From: Haloferacaceae archaeon
Lineage (GTDB): Archaea; Halobacteriota; Halobacteria; Halobacteriales; Haloferacaceae
Assembly: GCA_042217265.1 (NCBI GenBank)
Contig: JBDGSZ010000039.1
Coordinates: forward strand, 1-39,765
DNA: 39,765 nt
Direction: 5' to 3'
The position numbers and the translations under genes are program-made. This document shows, piece by piece, positions 1 to 8,920 of this stretch. The notes under the pieces are model-generated. The model worked only from the letters and a program-made list of their open reading frames with translations. It did no database searches and was not told the DNA's origin. Position 1 is the first letter of the stretch; every line of letters starts with the position of its first letter.

Positions 1-1
1 C

Positions 2-2779
2 TCCACGACGGTCGCGGGGCTGGCCAACACCTGGGGCTACGGCGCGATGACGAACTCCCTGCAGGACTACCGCAACTTCGACCTGCTGGTCGTCATCGGA
101 CAGAACCCGGCGGAGGCCCACCCCATCGCGATGCAACACATCCTGGAGGGCCAGAAGCGCGGCGGCACCATCCTGGTGCTCGACCCGCGGTTCACCAAGA
201 CCGCGGCCCACGCCGACGAGTTCATGCGGTTCCGTCCCGGGACCGACGTGGCCCTGATGATGGGCGTCATCAAGGAGCTGCGCGACGAGTACGGCCTGGC
301 GATGGATCCGGACGCGGACGACACCGGGCAGAACATGCTCACCGACCGCGTCCAGGGTTGGGAGGACGTCGACGCCGAACTCGACCAGTACGACAAGGAG
401 ACGGTCTCGGACATCACCTGGCTCTCGGTCGAGGACATCGAGAAGATCGCGAAGCTCTTCCACGAGAACCGCCCGCACATCCAGATCGAGTGGGCGATGG
501 GCGGGACCCAGCACAACAACGGGACCCAGAACATCCGCTCGTACGCCGAGGCCAGCCTCGCGTCCGGGAGCGCGGCCCGGAGCGGCGGCGGCCTCCAGGT
601 CATGCGCGGCCACGCGAACGTCCAGGGGGCGACCGACCTCGCGGTCGCGAGCCACATCCTGCCCGGCTACTACGGGCTCTCTCCCGGCGGCTGGGCGTGG
701 TGGGCCGACATCTGGGACCTGAACCCGTACACCAGCGGGTCGACCTCGTTCGCGGACATGTACGACCGCTTCGAGGTGATGCCGCCGGAGAAGTACGTCC
801 GGGGAAGCGACGCCGAGGATCCGGACGCGTTCCCGGAGAGCAGCGACGGCCAGGACTTCGGCGCCGACAACCCGGCCCCGAACTCGATGATGTTCCAGAG
901 CGGGCTGACGGTGGCCCGCTGGTTCGAGGGCGCGCTCGACCAGGAGGACCGCTACCATGAGACGCCGGTCTACCAGCCCGACCAGGTCAAGATCGCGTTC
1001 TTCTGGGGGCACTCCGCGAACTCCATCAGCGAGATGGAGCAGATGAAAGAGGGGATGGAGAACCTCGACCTGCTGGTGGTCATCGACGTGTTCCCCTCCG
1101 TGGCGAGCGTCCTCCCGGACTACGAGGACGGCCCGCCGGTCCTGCTGTTGCCGGCGTCCAGCCAGTACGAGCACTACCGCTCCCTGACCAACACCCACCG
1201 GGCGACCCAGTGGTCCGAGCCGGTCAAGTCGCCGTCGCACAACTCCAAGCCGGACCTGCAGATCATGCAGGAGCTCGCCGACGCGCTGGGCTTCGGCGAG
1301 CACTTCGACTGGGGCGCCGGCCCGGAGCTCTACAACGGGAAGTCTACCTACGAGAACGTCATCCGGGAGTTCAACCTCGGGACCAACACCATCGGCTACC
1401 GGCAGACCCCCGAACGGCTCCAGCAGCACCTGGAGTACGACTACGCGTTCTCCCACGAGAACCTGCAGGGGGCCGAAGGGACGCCGGTCGAGGGCGAGTA
1501 CTGGATGCTCCCCTGGCCCTGCTGGGGCGAGGACCATCCCGGCACGCCCATCATCTGGAACGACGACATGGACCCGAACAACGGGGGTCAGGACTTCCGG
1601 ACCCGGTGGGGTGTCAGCGCCCCGAGCCCGGAGGAATGGGAGGGCGACGACTACCCGCTCCAGAACACGGTCGACGCCGTCGGCGACCGCTACGACAGCA
1701 TGGAGGAGGCGCTGGACCTGACCCGGGCGCCGTACCAGCCGGAGTGGGCGAGCGGCGCCGACACGGCCAGCGACGGCCAGATCCACGGCGTTCCGGAGTA
1801 CCCGGGCTGGAAGACGGTGCCGCCGAAGAGCCTCCTCGACCCGACCCAGTCGACCCAGTCCGACGAGCTCACCATCCCGCAGAAGCACGCGCTCGATAAC
1901 GACAAGTCGGTGTACACCGCCGCGAAGGCGCTCGACAACCCCGACACGGGGAGCGCGACGTTCGACGCCTACCTGAAGGAGACCCAGAACGTCGACCCGT
2001 CGTTCTACGAGCAGTACGACTTCCGGCAGCCCGACGCGCCGACCGGGCGCGGTCGGGCCCGCGCCGTAGTGTGGAGCTTCCTGGACACGGTGCCCGTCCA
2101 CCGCGAGCCCATCGAGAGCCCGCGGCCGGACCTGGTCGAGGAATGGCCCGCGAACGGCCAGCAGCAGAACTTCTACCGGCTCGACCAGAACAACGCCCGC
2201 GAGCAGGAGAAGGCGATGCGGATCATCCACGAGGACGGCTCCGGGCCGACCCTCGACACCATCATGACGACGGGCCGGCAGGTCGAACACCAGGGCGGCG
2301 GCTCCGAGACGCGGAGCAACATCCACACCGCCGACCTGCAGCCGCACATGTACGCCGAGATGACCCCGGCCAAGGCCGAGGAGGTCGGCGTCGACGGCGG
2401 CGATCTGGTCGTGGTCTCGTCGACCGACAAGGGGTCGGTCCTGGTGAAAGCCCGGGTGACCGACCGGCCGAACGACGACGAGATCTTCCTCCCCTTCCAC
2501 TGGGGCGGCGTGTTCAAGGGACAGAGCCTGGAGGACAAATACCCCGACGGCATGGTGCCGTACGCCATCGGCGACTCGGCGAACGCCATCACGTCCCGGG
2601 GCTACGACGTCGAGACCCAGATGCAGGAGACGAAGGTGTCGATGGTGGCCGTCAGACCGGCGACCGAGAGCCTGCTCGAGGAACTCAACATGGACGTCGA
2701 CATCGAGTTCCCGCAGGACCGCCAGGGCATCGGCCAGCAGAAGGACTTCGACGTCCGCGATCAGAACACGGTGCAATAG
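2..2779 (+). CDS. Molybdopterin (bis-MGD) oxidoreductase catalytic subunit, FdnG / formate-dehydrogenase-N alpha-like; the 5' end lies upstream of the window
   Basis: The frame is open from base 2 (STTVAGLANTWGYGAMTNS...), so the listed Met at 47 is internal. GLANTWGYGAMTN, NPAEAHPI, LDPRFTKTA and MRGHANVQGATD, plus the C-terminal MGD-binding-type end (FHWGG...QETKVSMVAVRP), match DMSO-reductase-family / FdnG-type alpha subunits. Stop TAG at 2777-2779. Confidence 0.85.
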   Translation, partial: STTVAGLANTWGYGAMTNSLQDYRNFDLLVVIGQNPAEAHPIAMQHILEGQKRGGTILVLDPRFTKTAAHADEFMRFRPGTDVALMMGVIKELRDEYGLAMDPDADDTGQNMLTDRVQGWEDVDAELDQYDKETVSDITWLSVEDIEKIAKLFHENRPHIQIEWAMGGTQHNNGTQNIRSYAEASLASGSAARSGGGLQVMRGHANVQGATDLAVASHILPGYYGLSPGGWAWWADIWDLNPYTSGSTSFADMYDRFEVMPPEKYVRGSDAEDPDAFPESSDGQDFGADNPAPNSMMFQSGLTVARWFEGALDQEDRYHETPVYQPDQVKIAFFWGHSANSISEMEQMKEGMENLDLLVVIDVFPSVASVLPDYEDGPPVLLLPASSQYEHYRSLTNTHRATQWSEPVKSPSHNSKPDLQIMQELADALGFGEHFDWGAGPELYNGKSTYENVIREFNLGTNTIGYRQTPERLQQHLEYDYAFSHENLQGAEGTPVEGEYWMLPWPCWGEDHPGTPIIWNDDMDPNNGGQDFRTRWGVSAPSPEEWEGDDYPLQNTVDAVGDRYDSMEEALDLTRAPYQPEWASGADTASDGQIHGVPEYPGWKTVPPKSLLDPTQSTQSDELTIPQKHALDNDKSVYTAAKALDNPDTGSATFDAYLKETQNVDPSFYEQYDFRQPDAPTGRGRARAVVWSFLDTVPVHREPIESPRPDLVEEWPANGQQQNFYRLDQNNAREQEKAMRIIHEDGSGPTLDTIMTTGRQVEHQGGGSETRSNIHTADLQPHMYAEMTPAKAEEVGVDGGDLVVVSSTDKGSVLVKARVTDRPNDDEIFLPFHWGGVFKGQSLEDKYPDGMVPYAIGDSANAITSRGYDVETQMQETKVSMVAVRPATESLLEELNMDVDIEFPQDRQGIGQQKDFDVRDQNTVQ

Positions 2780-2785
2780 GAGGTG
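2779..2785 (+). promoter_or_regulatory. Shine-Dalgarno site (GGAGGTG) for the beta-subunit gene
   Basis: GGAGGTGA is complementary to the conserved archaeal/bacterial 16S 3' end (..GATCACCTCC). It lies 6 nt upstream of ATG 2792 and overlaps the alpha-subunit stop codon. Confidence 0.55.
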
Positions 2786-2791
2786 ACAAAC

Positions 2792-3457
2792 ATGTCAAGC
2801 AACAAAGAAGTCATGCGGCAGGGCGTGATGAGCACCGGCGAGGGGACTCGCATCTTCCCGGACGTCGAGGCGTGTATCGACTGCGGGGGCTGTGTCGTCG
2901 CCTGCAAGCGCACCTGGGACGTCGCCCCGGACGAACAGCGGATCAGCATCTCGACGATGCTCGAGGGGCAGGAGGGCGCCCAGGGGCTCAACGCCAACAG
3001 CGCACAGGCGCTCGCCCAGGGGGAATCCCCGGGCGAGACGAGCATCCCGATGCAGTGTTACCACTGCGAGAGCGCCCCCTGCGTCTCGGTCTGTCCGACC
3101 GACTCGCTGATCAAGAAGGACACCGAGTTCGTCCAGGTCCGCGACGACCTCTGTATCGGCTGTCAGTACTGCCTGTCGGCCTGCCCGTTCGGCGCGCCGC
3201 AGTTCCCCGAGTCCGATTCGGGGGCGGCACAGCTGTTCGGCACCGGTGGCACGATGGACAAGTGTACGATGTGCGAGGAGCGACAGAACGTCGGCAAGGG
3301 GCCGGCCTGCGCCGAGGAGTGTGCGACCGACGCCCTCCTCGTCGGCGAGCCCGACGAGATCGCATCGGAGCTGGACCGCCGGGGTAGCGGGACGTTCTTC
3401 AACGACGTCTCGATGGAGATCATCTTCGGCAAGGACGGCGCGGAGGCGTTCCAATGA
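2792..3457 (+). CDS. 4Fe-4S ferredoxin-type electron-transfer (beta) subunit of the molybdoenzyme
   Basis: Four cysteine groups are present: CIDCGGCVVACK, CYHCESAPCVSVCP, CIGCQYCLSACP, CTMCEER...GPACAEECATDA (FdnH/DmsB-like). The ORF track starts at GTG 2783, but the SD position favours ATG 2792. The C-terminus is hydrophilic with no TM helix. The stop overlaps the next start (ATGA, 3454-3457). Confidence 0.85.
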   Translation: MSSNKEVMRQGVMSTGEGTRIFPDVEACIDCGGCVVACKRTWDVAPDEQRISISTMLEGQEGAQGLNANSAQALAQGESPGETSIPMQCYHCESAPCVSVCPTDSLIKKDTEFVQVRDDLCIGCQYCLSACPFGAPQFPESDSGAAQLFGTGGTMDKCTMCEERQNVGKGPACAEECATDALLVGEPDEIASELDRRGSGTFFNDVSMEIIFGKDGAEAFQ

Positions 3458-3834
3458 GCTACCAGGACGACCTCCCGGAGACCAGCGGATACAGCCCGGG
3501 ATCGGTCCTCGTCAGCGCCGCCGCCGGCCTGCTGGTCGCCTTCCTCTCGGTCTGGTGGGCCGCGGGCACGGCGGTCTTCTACGAGAACCTGTTCCGCGTC
3601 TCGCCGACCGTCGAGGGCGGCGGGGTCGGTACCGACTGGGTGGTGGGTAACACCATCCCGGCGCTCGACTTCCTCATCGCCTTCATCCACGCGGCCGACG
3701 TCCTGATGGGGGTTTTCATCCTCGTGATGGTCTTCATCCACTGGGGCGCGTTCCGGCGCCTCGCGGCCCGGATGCGCCAGCCCGACGAGGCCGGCGGAGA
3801 GGCCGTCGCGACCGACGGAGGTGAGCGGGAGTGA
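3454..3834 (+). CDS. Small integral membrane protein (126 aa), operon-internal; possible anchor or heme-binding partner; family not recognised
   Basis: Two long hydrophobic stretches (VLVSAAAGLLVAFLSVWWAAGTAVFY; IPALDFLIAFIHAADVLMGVFILVMVFIHWGAF), the second with embedded His residues. The start overlaps the upstream stop (ATGA) and the stop overlaps the next start (GTGA, 3831-3834). Confidence 0.6.
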   Translation: MSYQDDLPETSGYSPGSVLVSAAAGLLVAFLSVWWAAGTAVFYENLFRVSPTVEGGGVGTDWVVGNTIPALDFLIAFIHAADVLMGVFILVMVFIHWGAFRRLAARMRQPDEAGGEAVATDGGERE

Positions 3835-4823
3835 CCAACCTCGACCACGGCAAGTTCACGCGCGTCACCACGACGTTCCACTCGCTGCTGGCGCTCGACG
3901 TGTTCCTGCTGTTCTTCACGGGGTACAGCATCATGTTCAACGACGAGCTCTGGTGGCTGCTGGAGCTGATGGGCGGCAGCGCGGGCGTCGCCGCCCTCCA
4001 CCGCCTGGCCGGCATGGGGCTGGTCGCCCTCATCGTCTTCTGGGCGGTGCTGATGGTCATCAGCGACACCGGCCGGAGCAACTTCAAGGAGATCGTCCCG
4101 GGCCCGAAGGACATCCAGGCGTTCATCCAGGACGTCCAGTTCCTGCTCGGGAACGCCGACGAGCGCCACCCCAACGCGAGGCAGTTCGCGGGCGGCGAGC
4201 CCGACGAGATCCCGCTGCTCTCGTACATCGGCAAGGGCGTGGTGTTCATCTTCTCGGTCGAGCTGATGTTGCTGACCATCAGCGGCCTGCTGATCTGGAG
4301 CAAGACCGGGCTGATGGCCTACTTCGCCACGAAGACGGCCGCGATGGCCTTCGTCGTCTTCCACGGCCTGCTGGGCGTCATCATGCTGATGGGGGTCATG
4401 TTCCACATCTTCGAACACGGCTTCCACCCGGCGTTCTACCCGGTCGAGCCGAAGGCGTTCATCCCGCGGGAGCTGATCCCCGAGACCCACGCCGACGACG
4501 GCATCGAGGACCTCACCCTCGCGCCCTCGTGGAACACGGTGACCAACCTCATGGGCGTGCTCACGGTCCTCGGCATCACCAGCGTGATGGTCGCGTCGAT
4601 CTTCGACGAGGGCTACCCGGTCCCCCGGGAACTCGCGATCGGCGGCGGTCCGACGAACATCCTGCTCACCATCGGCATCAACGCCGGCGTCCTCGTCCTG
4701 TTCGTCGGCCTGGTGCTCTCGATGTACGGCAACCTCCTCCGGGTCCGCTGGGAGAAGCAACTCGAGGAGGGTCGTGAGCCGACCGCCGCCGCCGACGGCG
4801 GCCAGCCGACCGAGGACGACTGA
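3831..4823 (+). CDS. Polytopic membrane protein (330 aa), probable b-type cytochrome / quinone-interacting anchor of the molybdoenzyme (FdnI-like role)
   Basis: Multiple hydrophobic helices carry conserved-looking His residues (TTFHSLLALDVF, AALHRLAGMGLVAL, FVVFHGLLGVIMLMGVMFHIFEHGFHP). GTG start is coupled to the upstream stop. The role is assigned from operon context, not from a recognised signature. Confidence 0.55.
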   Translation: MTNLDHGKFTRVTTTFHSLLALDVFLLFFTGYSIMFNDELWWLLELMGGSAGVAALHRLAGMGLVALIVFWAVLMVISDTGRSNFKEIVPGPKDIQAFIQDVQFLLGNADERHPNARQFAGGEPDEIPLLSYIGKGVVFIFSVELMLLTISGLLIWSKTGLMAYFATKTAAMAFVVFHGLLGVIMLMGVMFHIFEHGFHPAFYPVEPKAFIPRELIPETHADDGIEDLTLAPSWNTVTNLMGVLTVLGITSVMVASIFDEGYPVPRELAIGGGPTNILLTIGINAGVLVLFVGLVLSMYGNLLRVRWEKQLEEGREPTAAADGGQPTEDD

Positions 4824-4857
4824 CCTCGCCTCGGGACCTCCCTTCCCTCCCGCGCGT

Positions 4858-5259
4858 TCAGGCCGAGAGCAGTTCCGCCCCTTCCGTCGAGAGCTCGACC
4901 GTCACATCCTGGCGGGTGTGCTCGCTCATCTGGTCGATGTTCCGCGTCAGGACCTCGAGGATGTCCTTCGGTTCCGGGTAGACGAGGAAGTTGCCGTCGT
5001 CGTCCTCCATCACCAACTGCGTGTCCGAGAGCGTGATCTGGTCGTTCTCGATGCCGGCGACGATGACCGAGAGCGCCTCGGCCCCGCCGGGGTCGCCCTC
5101 CGAGACCATCGTGAGGTGAAGCTCGTCGAGCCCGATGAGGTCCTTGTACTCCCGGACGCGCCGCGCACAGCGGACCATGTCCCGCGTGATCGCCGTCTTC
5201 CGCTCGTTGCCGTGTTCCCCCTCGTGGCAGAGCTTACAGACCCGGAGTTCCATCCGCAT
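4858..5259 (-). CDS. Conserved-looking hypothetical protein (133 aa) with an N-terminal CxxCHxxxH knuckle
   Basis: The track ORF 4858..5625 has an Arg/Gly-rich, junk-like N-terminal 122 aa. Acidic haloarchaeal-type sequence begins at MRMELRVCKLCHEGEHG (ATG 5259; second ATG at 5253). TTTATT on the minus strand is centred about 27 nt upstream of 5259. Confidence 0.6.
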   Translation of the reverse strand: MRMELRVCKLCHEGEHGNERKTAITRDMVRCARRVREYKDLIGLDELHLTMVSEGDPGGAEALSVIVAGIENDQITLSDTQLVMEDDDGNFLVYPEPKDILEVLTRNIDQMSEHTRQDVTVELSTEGAELLSA

Positions 5260-5283
5260 ACCCCTCCTCCGACGGCGGAGGAG

Positions 5284-5289
5284 AATAAA
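5284..5289 (-). promoter_or_regulatory. TATA-like element (TTTATT on minus strand) about 27 nt upstream of ATG 5259
   Basis: The only AT-rich hexamer in a GC-rich spacer. The spacing fits the haloarchaeal TATA-to-TSS distance for a leaderless transcript. Confidence 0.4.
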
Positions 5290-5462
5290 CCCCTCGCCCC
5301 CCCGGCGGCCGCGGCGGCGCTCGCCCCGCCAGAGTGATGTGCCCCCGGCGGGACCGGTGACGCGATGACGACGCGTTCGCCCGCCCGCCCCGCGCCGGGT
5401 CCGGCGACCCGCCCCGCCGCCCCGGTCGTCGAGCACCGACGGACAGCCTGGGGGACGTCGCC

Positions 5463-7133
5463 GTGACCGACGGGTCCGACGCCGACGTCCCCACCGGCGG
5501 CGACCGGGTCTGTGCGGCCCTCGCCGACGCCGGCGTCGAGACGGTCGTCGGCATCCCCGGCACCCAGACGCTCCCGCTCGACGTCGCCGTCGACGACCAC
5601 GACGACCTGACCTACCTGATGGCACGGGACGAGACCGCCATCCCCCACGTCGCGTGGGGCCACTACGAGTCGGGGGGCGGCCTCGCCGCGACGGTGACGG
5701 TCCCGGGGCCGGGCGACGCCAAGGCGACCCACGGGCTGAAGAACGCGCTCGGCGACTGCGTGCCGCTGGTCCACGTCTCTGCGGACGTCCCCGCGGACCG
5801 ACGTGGCGACGGTCCCATCCACGAGATCGCGCCCGACACGTTCGACAACGTCGTCCGGACGAACCTGACCGTCGAGACCCCGGACGCCCTGCCCTCCGCC
5901 GTCGCCCGGGGTCTGCGGGACGCGACGACGCCGCCGTACGGGCCCGTCCGGCTCGGCGTCGGGAGCGACGTGCTGGCCGGGGAGTGCGCCGCGTCGCCGG
6001 TCGAGTACCCCGACGCGACCCCGACGGTCGACAACGACGGGGCCGTGGCCCGCGCCGCCGCCCGCCTGGCCGACGCCGACCGGCCGCTGGTCTACGTGGG
6101 CGGCGGGACGCGCCGCTCCCCCGACCGCGGGGCGGTCGTCGACCTCGTCCGGCGGCTGAACCTCCCAGTCGTCGCCTCGTACAAGGGCAAGGGCGTCGTG
6201 CCCGACGACGACCCCCGGACGCTCGGCGTCACGGGCACGCACACGCCGGCGAGCGCGCGGGCGGCGATGGCCGCGGCCGACTGCACCCTCGCGCTCGGCA
6301 CCGACTTCGACGGCGTGTCGACCGGCCACTGGTCGCTGCCGATGGGCGACCGCCTCGTCCACGTCAACGTGGATCCCGCCGACCTCTCGCACTCCTACGA
6401 GGTGGACGTGGGCGTCGTCGGCGACGCCGGCGCGGTCGCCCGCCGCCTCGCCGACCGGGTCGACGCCGGAGGCGCCTGGGACGGCGCCGCCGTCGGGCGC
6501 GCCGTGCGCGAGGAGTACGACACACACCTGCGGGACGCGGGGTTGCTCGACGAGCGGACGCCGATGCCGACCCCGGCCGCGCTCCGGGCGCTCCGCGAGG
6601 CCATCGCTCCCGGGGCGGTCGTCACGACCGACGTCGGGGGATTTCGCCTCTGGGCGAAGCAGGTCTTCGACGCGCTCGGCCCGGAGCGGTACGTCACCGC
6701 CGGATCGTGGGCGGGGATGGGCGTCGGCGTCCCGGCGGCGCTGGGGGCCGCGGTCGCCGACCCGGACCGCCCGGTCGCCTGTCTCACGGGCGACGGCGGC
6801 CTCATGATGTCGGTCGCCGAGCTCCACACCGCCGCGACGGCGGGGCTCGACGTGACGGTCTTCGCCTTCAACAACGCCGACTACGGGGTCATCAGCAAGT
6901 CGGGGAAGCTCCCGGCTGCCGGTCCGCGGTTCGACTGGCCCTCGCCGGACTTCGCGACGGTCGCCGAGGGGTTCGACTGCGCAGGCTTCCGGGCCGAGTC
7001 CGTCCCGGCGCTCAGGGAGGCGGCGGCCGACGCGCTCGCGGTCGATGGTCCGGCTCTCGTCGACGTCGTCGTCGACCCCGAGACCCCGACCGCGGCCGAC
7101 GCCGCCGACTACGACTCCGGCCTCTCCTGGTGA
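5463..7133 (+). CDS. Thiamine-diphosphate-dependent enzyme, acetolactate-synthase-like family (substrate unknown)
   Basis: N-terminal Pyr domain (VETVVGIPGTQTLPL, ARDETAIPHVAWG with the catalytic-type Glu, TVPGPGDA). C-terminal ThDP motif GDGGLMMSVAELHTAATAGLDVTVFAFNNADYG (GDG-X-NN). GTG start. Confidence 0.85.
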   Translation: MTDGSDADVPTGGDRVCAALADAGVETVVGIPGTQTLPLDVAVDDHDDLTYLMARDETAIPHVAWGHYESGGGLAATVTVPGPGDAKATHGLKNALGDCVPLVHVSADVPADRRGDGPIHEIAPDTFDNVVRTNLTVETPDALPSAVARGLRDATTPPYGPVRLGVGSDVLAGECAASPVEYPDATPTVDNDGAVARAAARLADADRPLVYVGGGTRRSPDRGAVVDLVRRLNLPVVASYKGKGVVPDDDPRTLGVTGTHTPASARAAMAAADCTLALGTDFDGVSTGHWSLPMGDRLVHVNVDPADLSHSYEVDVGVVGDAGAVARRLADRVDAGGAWDGAAVGRAVREEYDTHLRDAGLLDERTPMPTPAALRALREAIAPGAVVTTDVGGFRLWAKQVFDALGPERYVTAGSWAGMGVGVPAALGAAVADPDRPVACLTGDGGLMMSVAELHTAATAGLDVTVFAFNNADYGVISKSGKLPAAGPRFDWPSPDFATVAEGFDCAGFRAESVPALREAAADALAVDGPALVDVVVDPETPTAADAADYDSGLSW

Positions 7134-7178
7134 CGCTCCGACCGGCCGGACGTCCCTGGGCCGACCCGCGTCGCCGGG

Positions 7179-7394
7179 TCAGTCACCGTAGTTGTGCCAG
7201 GGCTTGTCGTCGTCGACGAGCGACGGGTGACACTCGTGGTTGTCGATCCGGTACTTGGGGTACCTGACCCCGCACTCCGGGCACTCGACGGTGGTCTGTC
7301 GGGTGTACCAGATACCGCCGTACAGGAGGCCAACCATGTACAGGAAGTTGAGGAACATGATCCCCAGGTACACGGTCGCGAACTCGCTTGCCAT
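7179..7394 (-). CDS. Membrane-anchored small CPxCG-type zinc-finger protein (71 aa)
   Basis: N-terminal hydrophobic helix (FATVYLGIMFLNFLYMVGLLYGGIWY) followed by CPECG...HECH. Codon usage is less GC-extreme than the overlapping shadow ORFs. ATG start. Confidence 0.6.
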   Translation of the reverse strand: MASEFATVYLGIMFLNFLYMVGLLYGGIWYTRQTTVECPECGVRYPKYRIDNHECHPSLVDDDKPWHNYGD

Positions 7395-7574
7395 GCCTTT
7401 CCGGATCCCCTTGGGGGCCGTTGTGGCTTGACGTTGTTAACTCTTCCCAACCCGGCTCGTACCGTCCCTCGTCCGCCCCTCTCCCGACCGCGCTCGCGCT
7501 CGGCACCCCAACCGTGTCCCGCCGCGCCGGGCGGTCACCCCGGTGGTTATGTCACCCCACGTCGAACGGCGGAC

Positions 7575-8867
7575 GTGCGCCGAAGATACCTGCTGTCCCT
7601 CGTCGCCGGCCTCGCAGGGTGTAGCGCGGCCCCGGCGACCGGCGACGGGGGCTCGACGGGGACGACGGACGGCACCCCCGACGACAGGCTGGGGGTCCCG
7701 CTCTCGGCCGACGCGACGTACGGCTACACCTACCTCCGGCGCGACGGCAACCGGTACGCGGCCGGTCGGGGGGCCATGCCGGACGTCGATCCGGTCGACG
7801 TCTCCCTCTCGGCGCCCGGCGAGTGGGTGGTCGCGGCGCCGGCGGACGACGGCCCGGGGACGGTCTGGGCCGTCATCATGGCCGACGCCGGCGTCCGCGC
7901 GCTCCGGGTCGAGGGGTGTTCGGTGACCGACGTCACGCCCGTCACGGCCAACGGCCAGGGGCCGCCGCTCCTCGCCGTGAACGACGGCCGGGTCCGGCTG
8001 CTCAACGCCGGGTCGGAGTACTCCCATCCCGTCCCCATCCCGAACGGTGCGGCGACGCCGGACCGCTACGACAGCACCCTCTCGCTCCCGGGCGGGCCGC
8101 TCGAGGTCGACGCCCTTCCGGACGCCCGGGTTGTCGTCGCCGGGGGGACCGTCTACGTCATCGGGAAGGCGACCGAACGGTACGCCCACGGCGCGCTCGG
8201 CGACGAGATCGAGGGCGGCGCCGTGGCCGCGGTGAACCCGCTGACCCGCGAGGTACGGTATCTCACCCCCAACTCCGGCGTCATCGAGGACACGAAACCC
8301 ATCGTGACCGACGTCGACGGCGACGGCGACCCGGAGGTGCTGGTGCCCGTCAGCGACGCCACGAAGGGAACCCGGCTCGTGGCCTTCCGTCCGGAGGGTG
8401 GCGTCGCGGCGGCCGGCCCGCCCGTCGGCGCCGGCTACCGCTGGCGCCACCAGATCGCCGTCGCCCCTTTCGGTCCCGGCGGGGAGCGCGAGGTCGCCGC
8501 CATCCGCACCCCTCACATCGGCGGCGTCGCGGAGTTCTACCGCGCCGACGGCGCCGACCTCGACCTCGTGGCGACCCGCGACGGCGGCTACCGCTCCCAC
8601 CGGCTCGACAGCCGGAACCTCGACATGGCCGCCGCGGGCGACTTCGACGGCGACGGGCGGCCGGAACTGCTCGTGCCCGGCTGCGAGGGCCGGCGGCTCG
8701 CCGCCCTCCGCCGGACGGCGGACGGCGTCGACGAGGCGTGGTCCGTCCCGGTCGGCGGCCGCCTCCGGACGAACCTCGCGGCGGCGGCCGACGACCGCGG
8801 CCTCGTCCTCGGGGCCGGTCGCGGCGAGACGCTGCGCCTGTGGCCCGTCCCCGGCGCCGGGTGCTGA
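7575..8867 (+). CDS. FG-GAP/VCBS-repeat lipoprotein with a twin-arginine-type signal
   Basis: I re-set the start to in-frame GTG 7575, giving MRRRYLLSLVAGLAGCSA (RR motif plus LAGC lipobox). GGTTATGT lies about 27 nt upstream. FG-GAP-like repeats are present: TDVDGDGDPEVLVP, AAGDFDGDGRPELLVP. The track ORF from 7194 is a 5' extension antisense to the 71-aa gene. Confidence 0.7.
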   Translation: MRRRYLLSLVAGLAGCSAAPATGDGGSTGTTDGTPDDRLGVPLSADATYGYTYLRRDGNRYAAGRGAMPDVDPVDVSLSAPGEWVVAAPADDGPGTVWAVIMADAGVRALRVEGCSVTDVTPVTANGQGPPLLAVNDGRVRLLNAGSEYSHPVPIPNGAATPDRYDSTLSLPGGPLEVDALPDARVVVAGGTVYVIGKATERYAHGALGDEIEGGAVAAVNPLTREVRYLTPNSGVIEDTKPIVTDVDGDGDPEVLVPVSDATKGTRLVAFRPEGGVAAAGPPVGAGYRWRHQIAVAPFGPGGEREVAAIRTPHIGGVAEFYRADGADLDLVATRDGGYRSHRLDSRNLDMAAAGDFDGDGRPELLVPGCEGRRLAALRRTADGVDEAWSVPVGGRLRTNLAAAADDRGLVLGAGRGETLRLWPVPGAGC

Positions 8868-8920
8868 CGGGTCGTCGCCGAACCCACAACCACATTTCCC
8901 CGGCGGTCGAGGCGCCCGAC

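Noticed and set aside
1-46. Selenocysteine (in-frame TGA) versus cysteine at the active site of the FdnG-like subunit
   Set aside because: By alignment to the FdnG motif (C-U-H-S-P-T-V-A-G-L), the ligand codon lies about two codons upstream of base 2, outside the window. Nothing can be concluded here.
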